A DNA stretch of 64,000 nucleotides from Candidatus Doudnabacteria bacterium RIFCSPHIGHO2_01_FULL_46_14 (GTDB taxonomy: Bacteria; Patescibacteriota; Doudnabacteria; UBA920; 2-01-FULL-46-14), in NCBI GenBank assembly GCA_001779925.1, contig MFEK01000014.1, forward strand, positions 152,168 to 216,167, written 5' to 3'. Below are positions 7,966-16,583 of the stretch, piece after piece (positions within the stretch are counted from its first letter, which is position 1; each line of letters starts with the position of its first letter). The notes below the pieces were generated by a model. It saw only the letters and a program-made list of their open reading frames with translations, ran no database searches and had not been told where the DNA came from. The translations under genes were made by a program, and so were the position numbers.

Positions 7966-10425
7966 ATGTACGAGATGAATGATTATCTAAAACAATCCGG
8001 ATATCTTGGCGCGGCTCATTTGGAAAAAATATTTCCACGGCAGATCACTGCTGTCATGACAACCGTGTGCTTGGTAGCGGTTCTGGCTTGCGCTGTCATT
8101 GCGGTTATTTTGGGCAGCAAGTCTTTGTTCACAGTTGCGCTACTGCTGCTAGTTTTATTTTATTTTCTGGCAGCTTATTTCTTGTTTACAAATTTTTTGC
8201 AGGAAGATCGCAGTCTTAGCGCGAATGAAATCGCAGAGGCGCGTGCGGCAAAAAAGCTTGGCATGATTTTAAATTTCTCAGCTGTTCAGGTTTTGGAGAC
8301 AAGCGTGCAAGGGAATACTCTAAAGCTCTATGATTTTTTTAATCATACATTCAAGCTTCCGGAATTTGTCTGGATTTTACGCCGGCTGAACATTCTGCCT
8401 CAGGATTTTCAAAAAAGAGTTTTGATGAGCTGTGATACAAACTCAACCATGCTGATGACAGACGTGCTCGAAACTGCCTGGCAAATAGCCTTGTCGGCAA
8501 ACCATCTGAATATCAGCGAGTACGAGATTCTGGCCGCAGTTTACGAGCTTGATAAGAATTTTCAAAAAGTTCTTTTTAGTTTTGAGGCAGAACAGAAAGA
8601 TTTTTTCGAAGTGATATATTGGAGGCGCAGAAAAGACTTAGAGACGAAAATCAGGCGTCTCGATATCAAAGGCATTGGCAAAGATTGGTCAGGCGGATAT
8701 ACGGTTCAGCTCGACGAAACTGCGACAGATATAACAGCGGCTCTGGAAACCAGGCGCGTACCTTCGCATTTATACGGACAAAGCGCCAATCTTGAGCTTT
8801 TACAGCGAATGCTGGTGCGCGGAGCGGGATCCAGCAATGTCGTGCTGGTGGGACCGCCCGGCGTGGGTAAACATCATTTGATCGACGCTCTAGCGGAGCT
8901 CATCAATTCCGGGCAGACGTTCCCGTCCCTTCGTTATATGAGGCTGCTGCAAATCGATTCTTCCTCTCTTATTGCCGGCACGCTTTCGCCAAACCAGATT
9001 CTCTCTAAAATTGGAGCATTATTTATGGAAGCGTACGCCGCCGGAAACGTGATATTGGTGGTCAATGATATTGACGCGCTTCTTGATTCGGGACGGGACG
9101 CCGTGGGGCGCGTTAACGCCACGGAAGCGTTGCTGCGCTTTTTCCAGTCCAGCTTGCATATAATTGGTCTTACGACGCCTAGCGGATACCAAAATACAAT
9201 TGGTCGTAATCCCATGTTGCAAAAACTTATTGCCAAGCTGGAGCTTGATGAGCCGACGAACGCTGAGACCCTGATGATTTTGCAGGACCACGCGGTCCAA
9301 TTGGAAAGGGATTCAGGCTTATTTTTCACGCACCAGGCTTTGCAACAAATCGTGTTGCTTGCAGGCAAGCTGATCCAAAACCTGCCCAATCCGGAAAAGT
9401 CTCTTGAAGTGCTTTCCGAAACTGCGGTTTACGTTGCGGTTGATATTTCGTCACGGATCGTTTTGCCGGAGCATGTGCAGCATGTGGTTGCTGAGAAAAC
9501 CAAGGTTCCCGTGGAAAAAATTTCCATGGGAGAAAAAGATAAACTTCTAAACCTTGAGGAGATTTTGCATCGCAGGATAATTGGCCAGGATGAGGCTGTT
9601 AGGGAGCTCGCCGATTCTCTGCGGCGTGCACGGTCAGGCATTCGTTCCGAGAAAAAACCAATCGGTAGTTTTCTTTTCTTGGGGCCGACCGGCGTTGGCA
9701 AAACCGAAACTACTAAGGCGCTCGCGGAAACATATTTTGGCGACTATTCAAAGATCCTACGCTTTGATATGTCAGAATTTCAGGAAATTCATGCACTGAA
9801 CCGGCTCATTGGCGATGCTGATACCGGAACAGGCGGTCTGCTCACCGAGCAGGTCGTCGCAAATCCGTTTTCGTTGGTACTTCTTGATGAGCTGGAAAAA
9901 GCTCATCCCAAGATTCTCGATTTATTTTTGCAGGTTCTCGATGACGGCATCCTTACGGATTTTTTGGGCAGGAAAATCAGTTTTATTAACACCATGATAA
10001 TTGCGACCTCGAACGCCGGCTCGGAGATGATCCGCAATATAGTGAAAGAAGGGAACGACCCTCAGGCTTTCCGTGAACAGATTTTAGGCTCCTTGCAGAG
10101 CCAAAATATTTTCCGTCCGGAATTTCTAAATCGTTTTGACGGAGTGGTAATTTTCAAACCGCTCTCCCCGGAAGATCTCCTTCGTGTGGCTGGATTGCTT
10201 CTTGCCGAACTAAACAGCAGGCTGGCGGAAAAAGAGATTCAGGTCGAGATAACAGACGAGCTTTGTCAGACTGTAGTTTCCGGCGGTTATCAGCCCGAAT
10301 TTGGCGCGCGGCCCCTGCGGCGCTACATTCAGGAGCATTTGGAAAATTTTGTCGCCCGCGGCCTCATTGACGGCTCAATCAAAAAAGGCGATACGATAAG
10401 AATTGATCCGGGTCAATTGTCTTGA
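7966..10425 (+). CDS. ClpA/ClpC-like AAA+ ATPase with N-terminal transmembrane helices
   Basis: NBD2 GPTGVGKTE, LLDE.EKAH, FRPEFLNR and GARPLRR; degenerate NBD1. Confidence 0.88.
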   Translation: MYEMNDYLKQSGYLGAAHLEKIFPRQITAVMTTVCLVAVLACAVIAVILGSKSLFTVALLLLVLFYFLAAYFLFTNFLQEDRSLSANEIAEARAAKKLGMILNFSAVQVLETSVQGNTLKLYDFFNHTFKLPEFVWILRRLNILPQDFQKRVLMSCDTNSTMLMTDVLETAWQIALSANHLNISEYEILAAVYELDKNFQKVLFSFEAEQKDFFEVIYWRRRKDLETKIRRLDIKGIGKDWSGGYTVQLDETATDITAALETRRVPSHLYGQSANLELLQRMLVRGAGSSNVVLVGPPGVGKHHLIDALAELINSGQTFPSLRYMRLLQIDSSSLIAGTLSPNQILSKIGALFMEAYAAGNVILVVNDIDALLDSGRDAVGRVNATEALLRFFQSSLHIIGLTTPSGYQNTIGRNPMLQKLIAKLELDEPTNAETLMILQDHAVQLERDSGLFFTHQALQQIVLLAGKLIQNLPNPEKSLEVLSETAVYVAVDISSRIVLPEHVQHVVAEKTKVPVEKISMGEKDKLLNLEEILHRRIIGQDEAVRELADSLRRARSGIRSEKKPIGSFLFLGPTGVGKTETTKALAETYFGDYSKILRFDMSEFQEIHALNRLIGDADTGTGGLLTEQVVANPFSLVLLDELEKAHPKILDLFLQVLDDGILTDFLGRKISFINTMIIATSNAGSEMIRNIVKEGNDPQAFREQILGSLQSQNIFRPEFLNRFDGVVIFKPLSPEDLLRVAGLLLAELNSRLAEKEIQVEITDELCQTVVSGGYQPEFGARPLRRYIQEHLENFVARGLIDGSIKKGDTIRIDPGQLS

Positions 10426-10519
10426 TCTAAGAGCGGAATTTTGATAAAGTATTTAAACGATTATCATCCAGACCGAGGCTGGTAAAGTGGCGCTGGTAGA
10501 TTTACCCCGTACAGCTGGT

Positions 10520-10606
10520 GCCCGGGTGGCGGAACTGGCAGACGCAATGGACTCAAAATCCATCGGTCGCAAGATCATGAGGGTTCGACTCCCTCCTCGG
10601 GCACCA
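10520..10606 (+). tRNA. tRNA-Leu(CAA)
   Basis: GCCCGGG acceptor, ATGGA-CTCAAAA-TCCAT anticodon arm, long variable arm, GGTTCGACT and encoded CCA. Confidence 0.96.
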
Positions 10607-10672
10607 TTTGTACAGGACTCTTTACCCGCCTCTGGCGAGCCTCCTCGGGCACCGAAGTGCTATACTATATGC

Positions 10673-11578
10673 ATGGTATTTAATCCGCAAAATTTTAATT
10701 TTTCCAATATGCAAAACCGTTCCAAAAACCCAATAGGGTCGCTAGTTAGCACACTCATTTTTTTCTTTATTATTGCCACAGTGATTTCAGAAACTGGATT
10801 CGTCAGCGGCACGTCCGTGTTTGTACTGGTGATCGTTTTGCTGGTTTTAGTCTTCTTGCTTGGGGGACTGCGCATTGTTGACCAGTACGAGAGGGGAGTA
10901 GTACTAACCTTGGGAAAATATACAGGCACCAGGTCGCCGGGACTGACCTGGATTTTCATGGGTATTCAGCAGATGCAAAAGGTTGACCTGCGTATCACTA
11001 CAGTGGATATTCCCCAGCAGGAGGTTATCACTAAAGACAATGTGCCGGTCGGCATTAACGCAGTGGTTTATTTCCAGGTTGAATCTGCCGAACATGCCAT
11101 TCTCAATATCAAAGATTACACGCTGGCTGTTTCACAGTACGCGCAGGCTGCGCTTCGCGACGTTATCGGCGGCATCGAGCTTGATCCGCTTCTCTCTGAG
11201 CGCGAGCATATTTCTGAGGCCATCAAAAAAATCGTGGACGAAGCCACCAAGGTTTGGGGCATTAATATCACTGACATAAAGATCCAGGATATAGAGCTTC
11301 CGGCAGACATGAAACGCATCATGGCCAAACAGGCCGAGTCCGAGCGGGAACGCCGGGCTACGATAATCCGCGCGGAAGGCGAATTTGCCGCTGCTGAAAG
11401 GCTCGCCCAGGCGGCCGAGCGGCTAAGCCAGGTTCCAGGCGGTCTGTCCATGCGAACCTTGCAGACCATAGAGCGAATCAATCCTGATCCGTCCAAGACC
11501 GTGATCTTTGCCCTGCCCATAGAGTTTATGGAAGGCGTAAAATCGCTTACCGAGTACATGAGAAACAAGGTAAAGTAG
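10673..11578 (+). CDS. SPFH/band-7 (stomatin-like) membrane protein
   Basis: YERGVV..LG, VDLR, QEVITKDNV and AESERERRA motifs; start moved downstream of the tRNA. Confidence 0.92.
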   Translation: MVFNPQNFNFSNMQNRSKNPIGSLVSTLIFFFIIATVISETGFVSGTSVFVLVIVLLVLVFLLGGLRIVDQYERGVVLTLGKYTGTRSPGLTWIFMGIQQMQKVDLRITTVDIPQQEVITKDNVPVGINAVVYFQVESAEHAILNIKDYTLAVSQYAQAALRDVIGGIELDPLLSEREHISEAIKKIVDEATKVWGINITDIKIQDIELPADMKRIMAKQAESERERRATIIRAEGEFAAAERLAQAAERLSQVPGGLSMRTLQTIERINPDPSKTVIFALPIEFMEGVKSLTEYMRNKVK

Positions 11579-11994
11579 ATGGATGGAATTTATTTAGCTG
11601 TTATCGTTATTCTTATGTTGTCCTTAGTTTTTTATCGCAGTCGAAAAAAACCTCTTTAGTAAATGAGAAGAAAGCCCAGCTGAAAAGCCTTCATAGGCAG
11701 GAGGTATTTTTTTTATGCGATGCTGCAGAAGAGCTTGGTGAAAATCTTATACAATTATATGGCGAACCTTTTGGGACGGCTGTTCGCCCTGGTATGAAAA
11801 TTGTCGGCCCGAACGGCGTTCAGTACACAATCAAAGAAGTTTATTCAGATGATGATACTCCAAATGAGCCCGATGTGGAAATCCCGAATGGAACCGTAAA
11901 TTCAGCGATTGTTATTCAAACAGACCATTGGGACTGGACAAGTTTTCGGGAAAATAAAAAAAGGGAGGGTGTAATTGCGCTTAAATTAGGCTAG
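11579..11994 (+). pseudogene. Membrane-anchored protein split by a -1 frameshift at an A7 run
   Basis: ATG abuts the SPFH stop; 26-aa TM ORF; the -1 frame is open from A7 (11644-11650) to 11994. Confidence 0.6.
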
Positions 11995-11999
11995 GAGTT

Positions 12000-12701
12000 T
12001 CATTTGATTTCTTTGAGAAAATCCTCAATCAGACTAACGGTTTCTGAAGTGCTCTGAAAAACGGTTTTCCAGATGACGACTATGTCAGCGTCATTAAAGA
12101 TCGACCGCTGGACCTCGCGGATCGTGTCTCCGCCCGCGATAGAAATCATAATGTCATAAGCCCCCTTGATCCGCCGGATCTCATGAAGGGGAATTTGTTT
12201 TTCTCGGTTAAACTGCTCTTCGTCCACGCCGCGGTGGAGGATGACCACGGGCGGGAGTTTTTTGAGCTTGGAGAGAGTGTTTACCGGGTATTCAACATTC
12301 ATCATGTCAATCATGGCATCAATCCCAGCGCGTTCGCAGTTTTCCACAAATGAATTCAGAGTTTCAACCGGTGCGCTTCCGAGGGCAATGGCGGCCGTCG
12401 CTCCGGCATTGGCCGCAATATCCACCTCAGTGCTACCGCGGTCCATGGTTTTGAGGTCTGCGACCACATAAGGGGGAATCGGAACCTCGGCGTTTGCCAA
12501 GTGGCTCTGGTACCAATGAGTAATTTGTTCAATGCCGCGCGCGCCATAGCGCTTGATGAGCGGCGTTCCAGCCTCAACAATGATCCGATCGCTAAGCGGC
12601 AGATGTGAGATAATATTTTGCGCATCATCCAGCGTGCCGTTGAGCGCGATCTGCAAATACCGCTTTCGCTTGTCGAGTTTTGATTGTGGTGCAAAACGCA
12701 T
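12000..12701 (-). CDS. 3-hexulose-6-phosphate synthase/KGPDC-like (OMP decarboxylase fold)
   Basis: LQIAL, IVEAGTPLIKRYG, VADLKTMD and ILHRGVDE motifs. Confidence 0.8.
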   Translation of the reverse strand: MRFAPQSKLDKRKRYLQIALNGTLDDAQNIISHLPLSDRIIVEAGTPLIKRYGARGIEQITHWYQSHLANAEVPIPPYVVADLKTMDRGSTEVDIAANAGATAAIALGSAPVETLNSFVENCERAGIDAMIDMMNVEYPVNTLSKLKKLPPVVILHRGVDEEQFNREKQIPLHEIRRIKGAYDIMISIAGGDTIREVQRSIFNDADIVVIWKTVFQSTSETVSLIEDFLKEIK

Positions 12702-12724
12702 GAAATAATTATATATAAAAAATC

Positions 12725-12757
12725 AGAGTCCTGCGAGCGTGAAGCAAGCAGGACTCT
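12725..12757. terminator. Hairpin, probable terminator for the upstream minus-strand gene
   Basis: agagtcctgc...gcaggactct flanked by an A-run. Confidence 0.55.
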
Positions 12758-12782
12758 TGAGATCCAATTTGGCGAACATTAC

Positions 12783-13265
12783 TCATTGCGGCGGCCGCCT
12801 CTGCTGGCGGCGGTTCATTTCCCGCATGGCATGAAGTCCATCGTGAACTTCGGGGTTATGGCGGTGGCATACCGATATACCCGAAATAAAGGCAATAGCG
12901 AACGCTGTGTCAGCTAAACTGGTAATTACCGCTGGGACCTTGATCCCCATCTTGATTATTACCGAGAACAGCAATGCCCCTGTTGCGCTAATGCTGAGAG
13001 CGAGCATGGTGCCACCGATCGGACCGTGGCTCAAAGAATACGGTCCGACGAGCAAGGCGCTCGCCATGATCCAGGGGATAAGACCGCCGATTGCTTTTGC
13101 CTTTTCGAATAGACAGATGACAACCATTAACCCCAAAAGCGCCATTGTGCTGACTATCATGAGGATCTGCAATGGCAAGACGAGGCTGTGAAAATCAGTG
13201 GTTAGCTTCTGTAAAAGCCATAAGATCACCAAGGCTAACATGAAAACCAAATGCTTCTTTTTCAT
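12783..13265 (-). CDS. Hypothetical membrane protein
   Basis: Strong AGGAGG SD; about 5 hydrophobic segments. Confidence 0.7.
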   Translation of the reverse strand: MKKKHLVFMLALVILWLLQKLTTDFHSLVLPLQILMIVSTMALLGLMVVICLFEKAKAIGGLIPWIMASALLVGPYSLSHGPIGGTMLALSISATGALLFSVIIKMGIKVPAVITSLADTAFAIAFISGISVCHRHNPEVHDGLHAMREMNRRQQRRPPQ

Positions 13266-13366
13266 TGTTCATCTCCTCCTTTAGGATTTGCTTACTTTGG
13301 TTTATCAGAATTCCCACCTTAGGTCAAATTTGCTATATTATTACATCAATGTGCTAAGGAGGATAT

Positions 13367-13948
13367 ATGGACGAGAATATTCCCTATAGAGCAAGGCATC
13401 TGTATGAAAGAGCCGCGCTTTTTATTAAGCAAGATATGGAATTGTGCGCTGAATCATACCTTGTTGAGGCAATCGAAATCGAGCCTAATTACAATGAGGC
13501 TCTTTTGACACTGGCCATCATATATTGCCGTTTCCAATCATGGACTAAAACCAAAAACCTTTTGGAAAAGGCAGTGAAGCGCGGAGCAGAAGAGACCATG
13601 ATATTAACGCTTTACGCTCTAGCTTGTTGGCAGACAGGATTACTCTCGGAAGCTGAAAGCGTATGCAGGCGGGCATTGCAAATCCACGAAGCTGATTATC
13701 ATGCCAATTACATTCTGGGCATGATCATGATCGAGGCTGGAGCTTACCATACCGGCATAGTTTATCTACTGCGAGCTGTTCGTGTATTTTCCCGATTTGG
13801 TTACACGTGGTATGGCTTGGCTGTGGGATACTCAAAAGTCGGGCAAAACTCTACAGCTTGCCGTTGTTTGGCAAAAGCGCGGGCTTTATTGCCGGGATAT
13901 TATCCGATCGCCATGTTCGCCACTGAGCTGGGCATGGACAAGAATTAG
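13367..13948 (+). CDS. TPR-repeat protein
   Basis: AAGGAGG SD; A...P..A...LA/LG tetratricopeptide pattern. Confidence 0.8.
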   Translation: MDENIPYRARHLYERAALFIKQDMELCAESYLVEAIEIEPNYNEALLTLAIIYCRFQSWTKTKNLLEKAVKRGAEETMILTLYALACWQTGLLSEAESVCRRALQIHEADYHANYILGMIMIEAGAYHTGIVYLLRAVRVFSRFGYTWYGLAVGYSKVGQNSTACRCLAKARALLPGYYPIAMFATELGMDKN

Positions 13949-14060
13949 GAGTGCGACATGCAAAGACAAAAGCTCCCGCTGGAACTGTTCATTCTGCTCG
14001 CCCTTGATAAGGAGGATTGGGATCAGTTTAGCGTTCTTTTAACCTGCGAGTTTCGTTCGC

Positions 14061-14096
14061 GGCCGCCGGGGTACTTTCCCAGGCGGTCTTTTTTTG
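14061..14096 (+). terminator. Intrinsic terminator
   Basis: ggccgcc...ggcggtc followed by T7. Confidence 0.65.
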
Positions 14097-14122
14097 CCCA
14101 CCCGAGACGGACAAGCTATAAT
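14094..14122 (+). promoter_or_regulatory. Sigma70-type promoter of purB-purE
   Basis: TTGCCC-N17-TATAAT. Confidence 0.6.
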
Positions 14123-14189
14123 AATTAACCAAATCCGGTATGGATTTGATGTTGTTTTACGCAGTTTTACATGCCAAAGGAGAGAACAT

Positions 14190-15644
14190 ATGGAGATGCA
14201 TGAAGTCAGAACAGCGCTCAACACCACTCTGCCTGGAAACCCTCGTTATCAACCCAAGCAGTTGGTTCCTTACTTCGGGTACGATTACACTTATAGAGGT
14301 GTTGGAGAGGTGGAGATTGCCACGATTCAGGTACTCGGTGATATTGAGGTGATTCCCAAGGGAGAAATCGAATTGCTGACGGCTGACTTGATCGAGGCCG
14401 TCCTTCGGATTACCGCGACGGAAGTTGATCACATCGAGAGAACTATCACAAAGCATGATATGCGAGCTTGGGTTAGAGCGGCTCAAGCCGTTGTGCAGAA
14501 TCGTCTGGGACAGTGGTTTCATATCCCATTGACCAGTTACGATCCTTTGACGACTGGCCGCGCTCTGCAGTTCCTGAGAGCGTATCGCGAAGTGATTCGG
14601 AAATCGCTCAAGGAAGTGATCACCCTGTTCGCCAAAATGACTCATGATTTCGCCGGTGACATTCAGATTGGCAGGACTCACGGCCGCCATGCTTTACCGA
14701 TCACTGTTGGTTTCTGGCTGGCTACTATTCTCGATCGGATTATTTTCAATTACGAAAAAATCGAACAGCATTCTCGCGAGCTCGTCGGCAAGATTTCTGG
14801 TGCTGTTGGGGCTAACAATGCTGTATTCGGTCTGAAGATCGCCGAGAAATGCGGCACGAAGAGCTTTGAGAATCGGGTGCTGGAAAAACTCGGCCTCCCG
14901 GCGCCGCGTATCAGTACTCAGATTGCCCCGCCCGAATCGCTTGCCTATTTCTTGTTTTCACATTGCATGCTCTCGGCCTCATTCGCGCAGTTCGGCGATG
15001 ATGCCCGCAATCTCATGCGCAGTGAAATAGACGAGCTTGCCGAGGGGTTTGACGCCACCCAAGTTGCCTCCTCGACCATGGCCCACAAACGCAATCCCTG
15101 GAATCTTGAGGAACTCGTGGGGCAGTGGATCAGGACAAAAAATGAGTTCGGCAAGGTTATGGATACGCTTAACTCTGGGCATCAACGCGATCTGATCGCT
15201 AGCTGTGTTTATCGGGATTTTCCGATCATTATGGTCAACGTTCAGGTGCAGATGAATAAAATGCTCGAGCGCGGCGATAAGGATGTGCCTTTTTTGTCCA
15301 GGCTGACCATTGATCGGCAAATCTGCCGAAGGAATTTCGATCACAGCGCCCACCTCATCTTGGCGGAGCCAATTTATATCGCTCTGCAAATGGCAGGCTA
15401 CCCTAAAGATGCTCATTTGTTGGTGGCGAAGAAACTCATGCCAGTCGCGGAAAAAAGACATATCTTGCTGGTGGAAGCTCTAGAGGAATTTGCAGCGCAG
15501 GATCCGGAAGTTGCAACCGCGCTGAGTGATATTCCGCCAGCTATAATAGAGCTTTTCCGTCATCCTGAGCAATACATAGGAAACGCGGAACAAAAGGCTA
15601 TTGAAATAGCGGAGTTGGCAGAATCGGTTGCGAATGAAATGTAA
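14190..15644 (+). CDS. purB: Adenylosuccinate lyase
   Basis: T.HD, GRTHG.HA.P.T.G, GKISGAVG and SSTMAHKRNP; SD-preceded ATG at 14190. Confidence 0.88.
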   Translation: MEMHEVRTALNTTLPGNPRYQPKQLVPYFGYDYTYRGVGEVEIATIQVLGDIEVIPKGEIELLTADLIEAVLRITATEVDHIERTITKHDMRAWVRAAQAVVQNRLGQWFHIPLTSYDPLTTGRALQFLRAYREVIRKSLKEVITLFAKMTHDFAGDIQIGRTHGRHALPITVGFWLATILDRIIFNYEKIEQHSRELVGKISGAVGANNAVFGLKIAEKCGTKSFENRVLEKLGLPAPRISTQIAPPESLAYFLFSHCMLSASFAQFGDDARNLMRSEIDELAEGFDATQVASSTMAHKRNPWNLEELVGQWIRTKNEFGKVMDTLNSGHQRDLIASCVYRDFPIIMVNVQVQMNKMLERGDKDVPFLSRLTIDRQICRRNFDHSAHLILAEPIYIALQMAGYPKDAHLLVAKKLMPVAEKRHILLVEALEEFAAQDPEVATALSDIPPAIIELFRHPEQYIGNAEQKAIEIAELAESVANEM

Positions 15645-15687
15645 ACCCGAGCGCTCCGGCGCTCAAACTAACTGAAAGGAGAAGAAT

Positions 15688-16239
15688 GTGGACAAGCCAG
15701 AGTTCAGAGTTTTTATTGTTTTGGGAAGTGAGACGGATGATAAAATTTTAATTGAGTCCAAAATGACCGATATGCTGGATGCGGTCGGTTTGTATTGGGA
15801 AGTATGGATAGCTTCATCTCATCGGCACCTTCGAGAGCTCACAGAAGCGATTAACCTTAACAAGAGAACCTCGCAAGCCGCTAAATCAATCTTCGTTTCT
15901 GCAGCCAGCATGTCTGCTGCGTTACCAGGCGTGATGGAAGCAATCCTTGAAGGCGGTTGGCCGGTTATTGGCATAGCTTTGCCTTCGCCAGAGTTTCCCA
16001 ATGCCATGGATGCACTGCTTTCCATGGTGAGAATGCCGGGACGAATGCCAGTGATGTGCGCTGGCATTGGAAAATCCGGGTTCGTAAACGCCGCTACGAT
16101 CGCGTGTCAGCTTGTCGCATTTGCCGACTCGGATTTCGTAGGAGTTTTGGAAAGGAATCAACGGGATGCAAGCGAGGAAAAGCCGGCGAAAATCCCACTG
16201 CGTATTTCAACAAGAGTAATCCCAGGAGGAGGCGAGTGA
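15688..16239 (+). CDS. purE: PurE-like AIR carboxylase/N5-CAIR mutase (divergent)
   Basis: LGSETD, ASSHR, AALPG, PVIG and DALLSMVRMPG.PV motifs. Confidence 0.8.
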   Translation: MDKPEFRVFIVLGSETDDKILIESKMTDMLDAVGLYWEVWIASSHRHLRELTEAINLNKRTSQAAKSIFVSAASMSAALPGVMEAILEGGWPVIGIALPSPEFPNAMDALLSMVRMPGRMPVMCAGIGKSGFVNAATIACQLVAFADSDFVGVLERNQRDASEEKPAKIPLRISTRVIPGGGE

Positions 16240-16426
16240 TGGCGTGAATACTGCCGCAAGCGGTTTAGAGCGGGAAAACGGAGGAAAGAGCTTATTTATC
16301 TGGAGGAAAAGGGGACGGATTTTTGCAAAGCGCAATTCGCGCCGTGCAATCGTCTGCCCCTTTTTTCGTTAATTAAATTATTTGAAACTCCAAGCAATTG
16401 CCGGGTTTTTAAATATGTTTATGTTT

Positions 16427-16544
16427 GTGTAAAATTCGCGCGGCCACGCGAATTTTACACTTGGGGTTCAAAATTTCTATTGTACAATTCTAGCGAATTG
16501 TACAATGTCCGCAGTCAACGGCTCAAATCTGTTTGAGCCGTTGA
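16427..16544. repeat. Three tandem perfect inverted repeats upstream of parB
   Basis: Stems of 14, 12 and 13 bp read directly. Confidence 0.8.
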
Positions 16545-16583
16545 ATTGCTCTTTGCCAGTATTTTTGATAAGTTTAATTCACT

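Noticed and set aside
10487-10672. N-terminal extension of the SPFH ORF
   Set aside because: It reads through tRNA-Leu; the true start is more likely 10673 or later.
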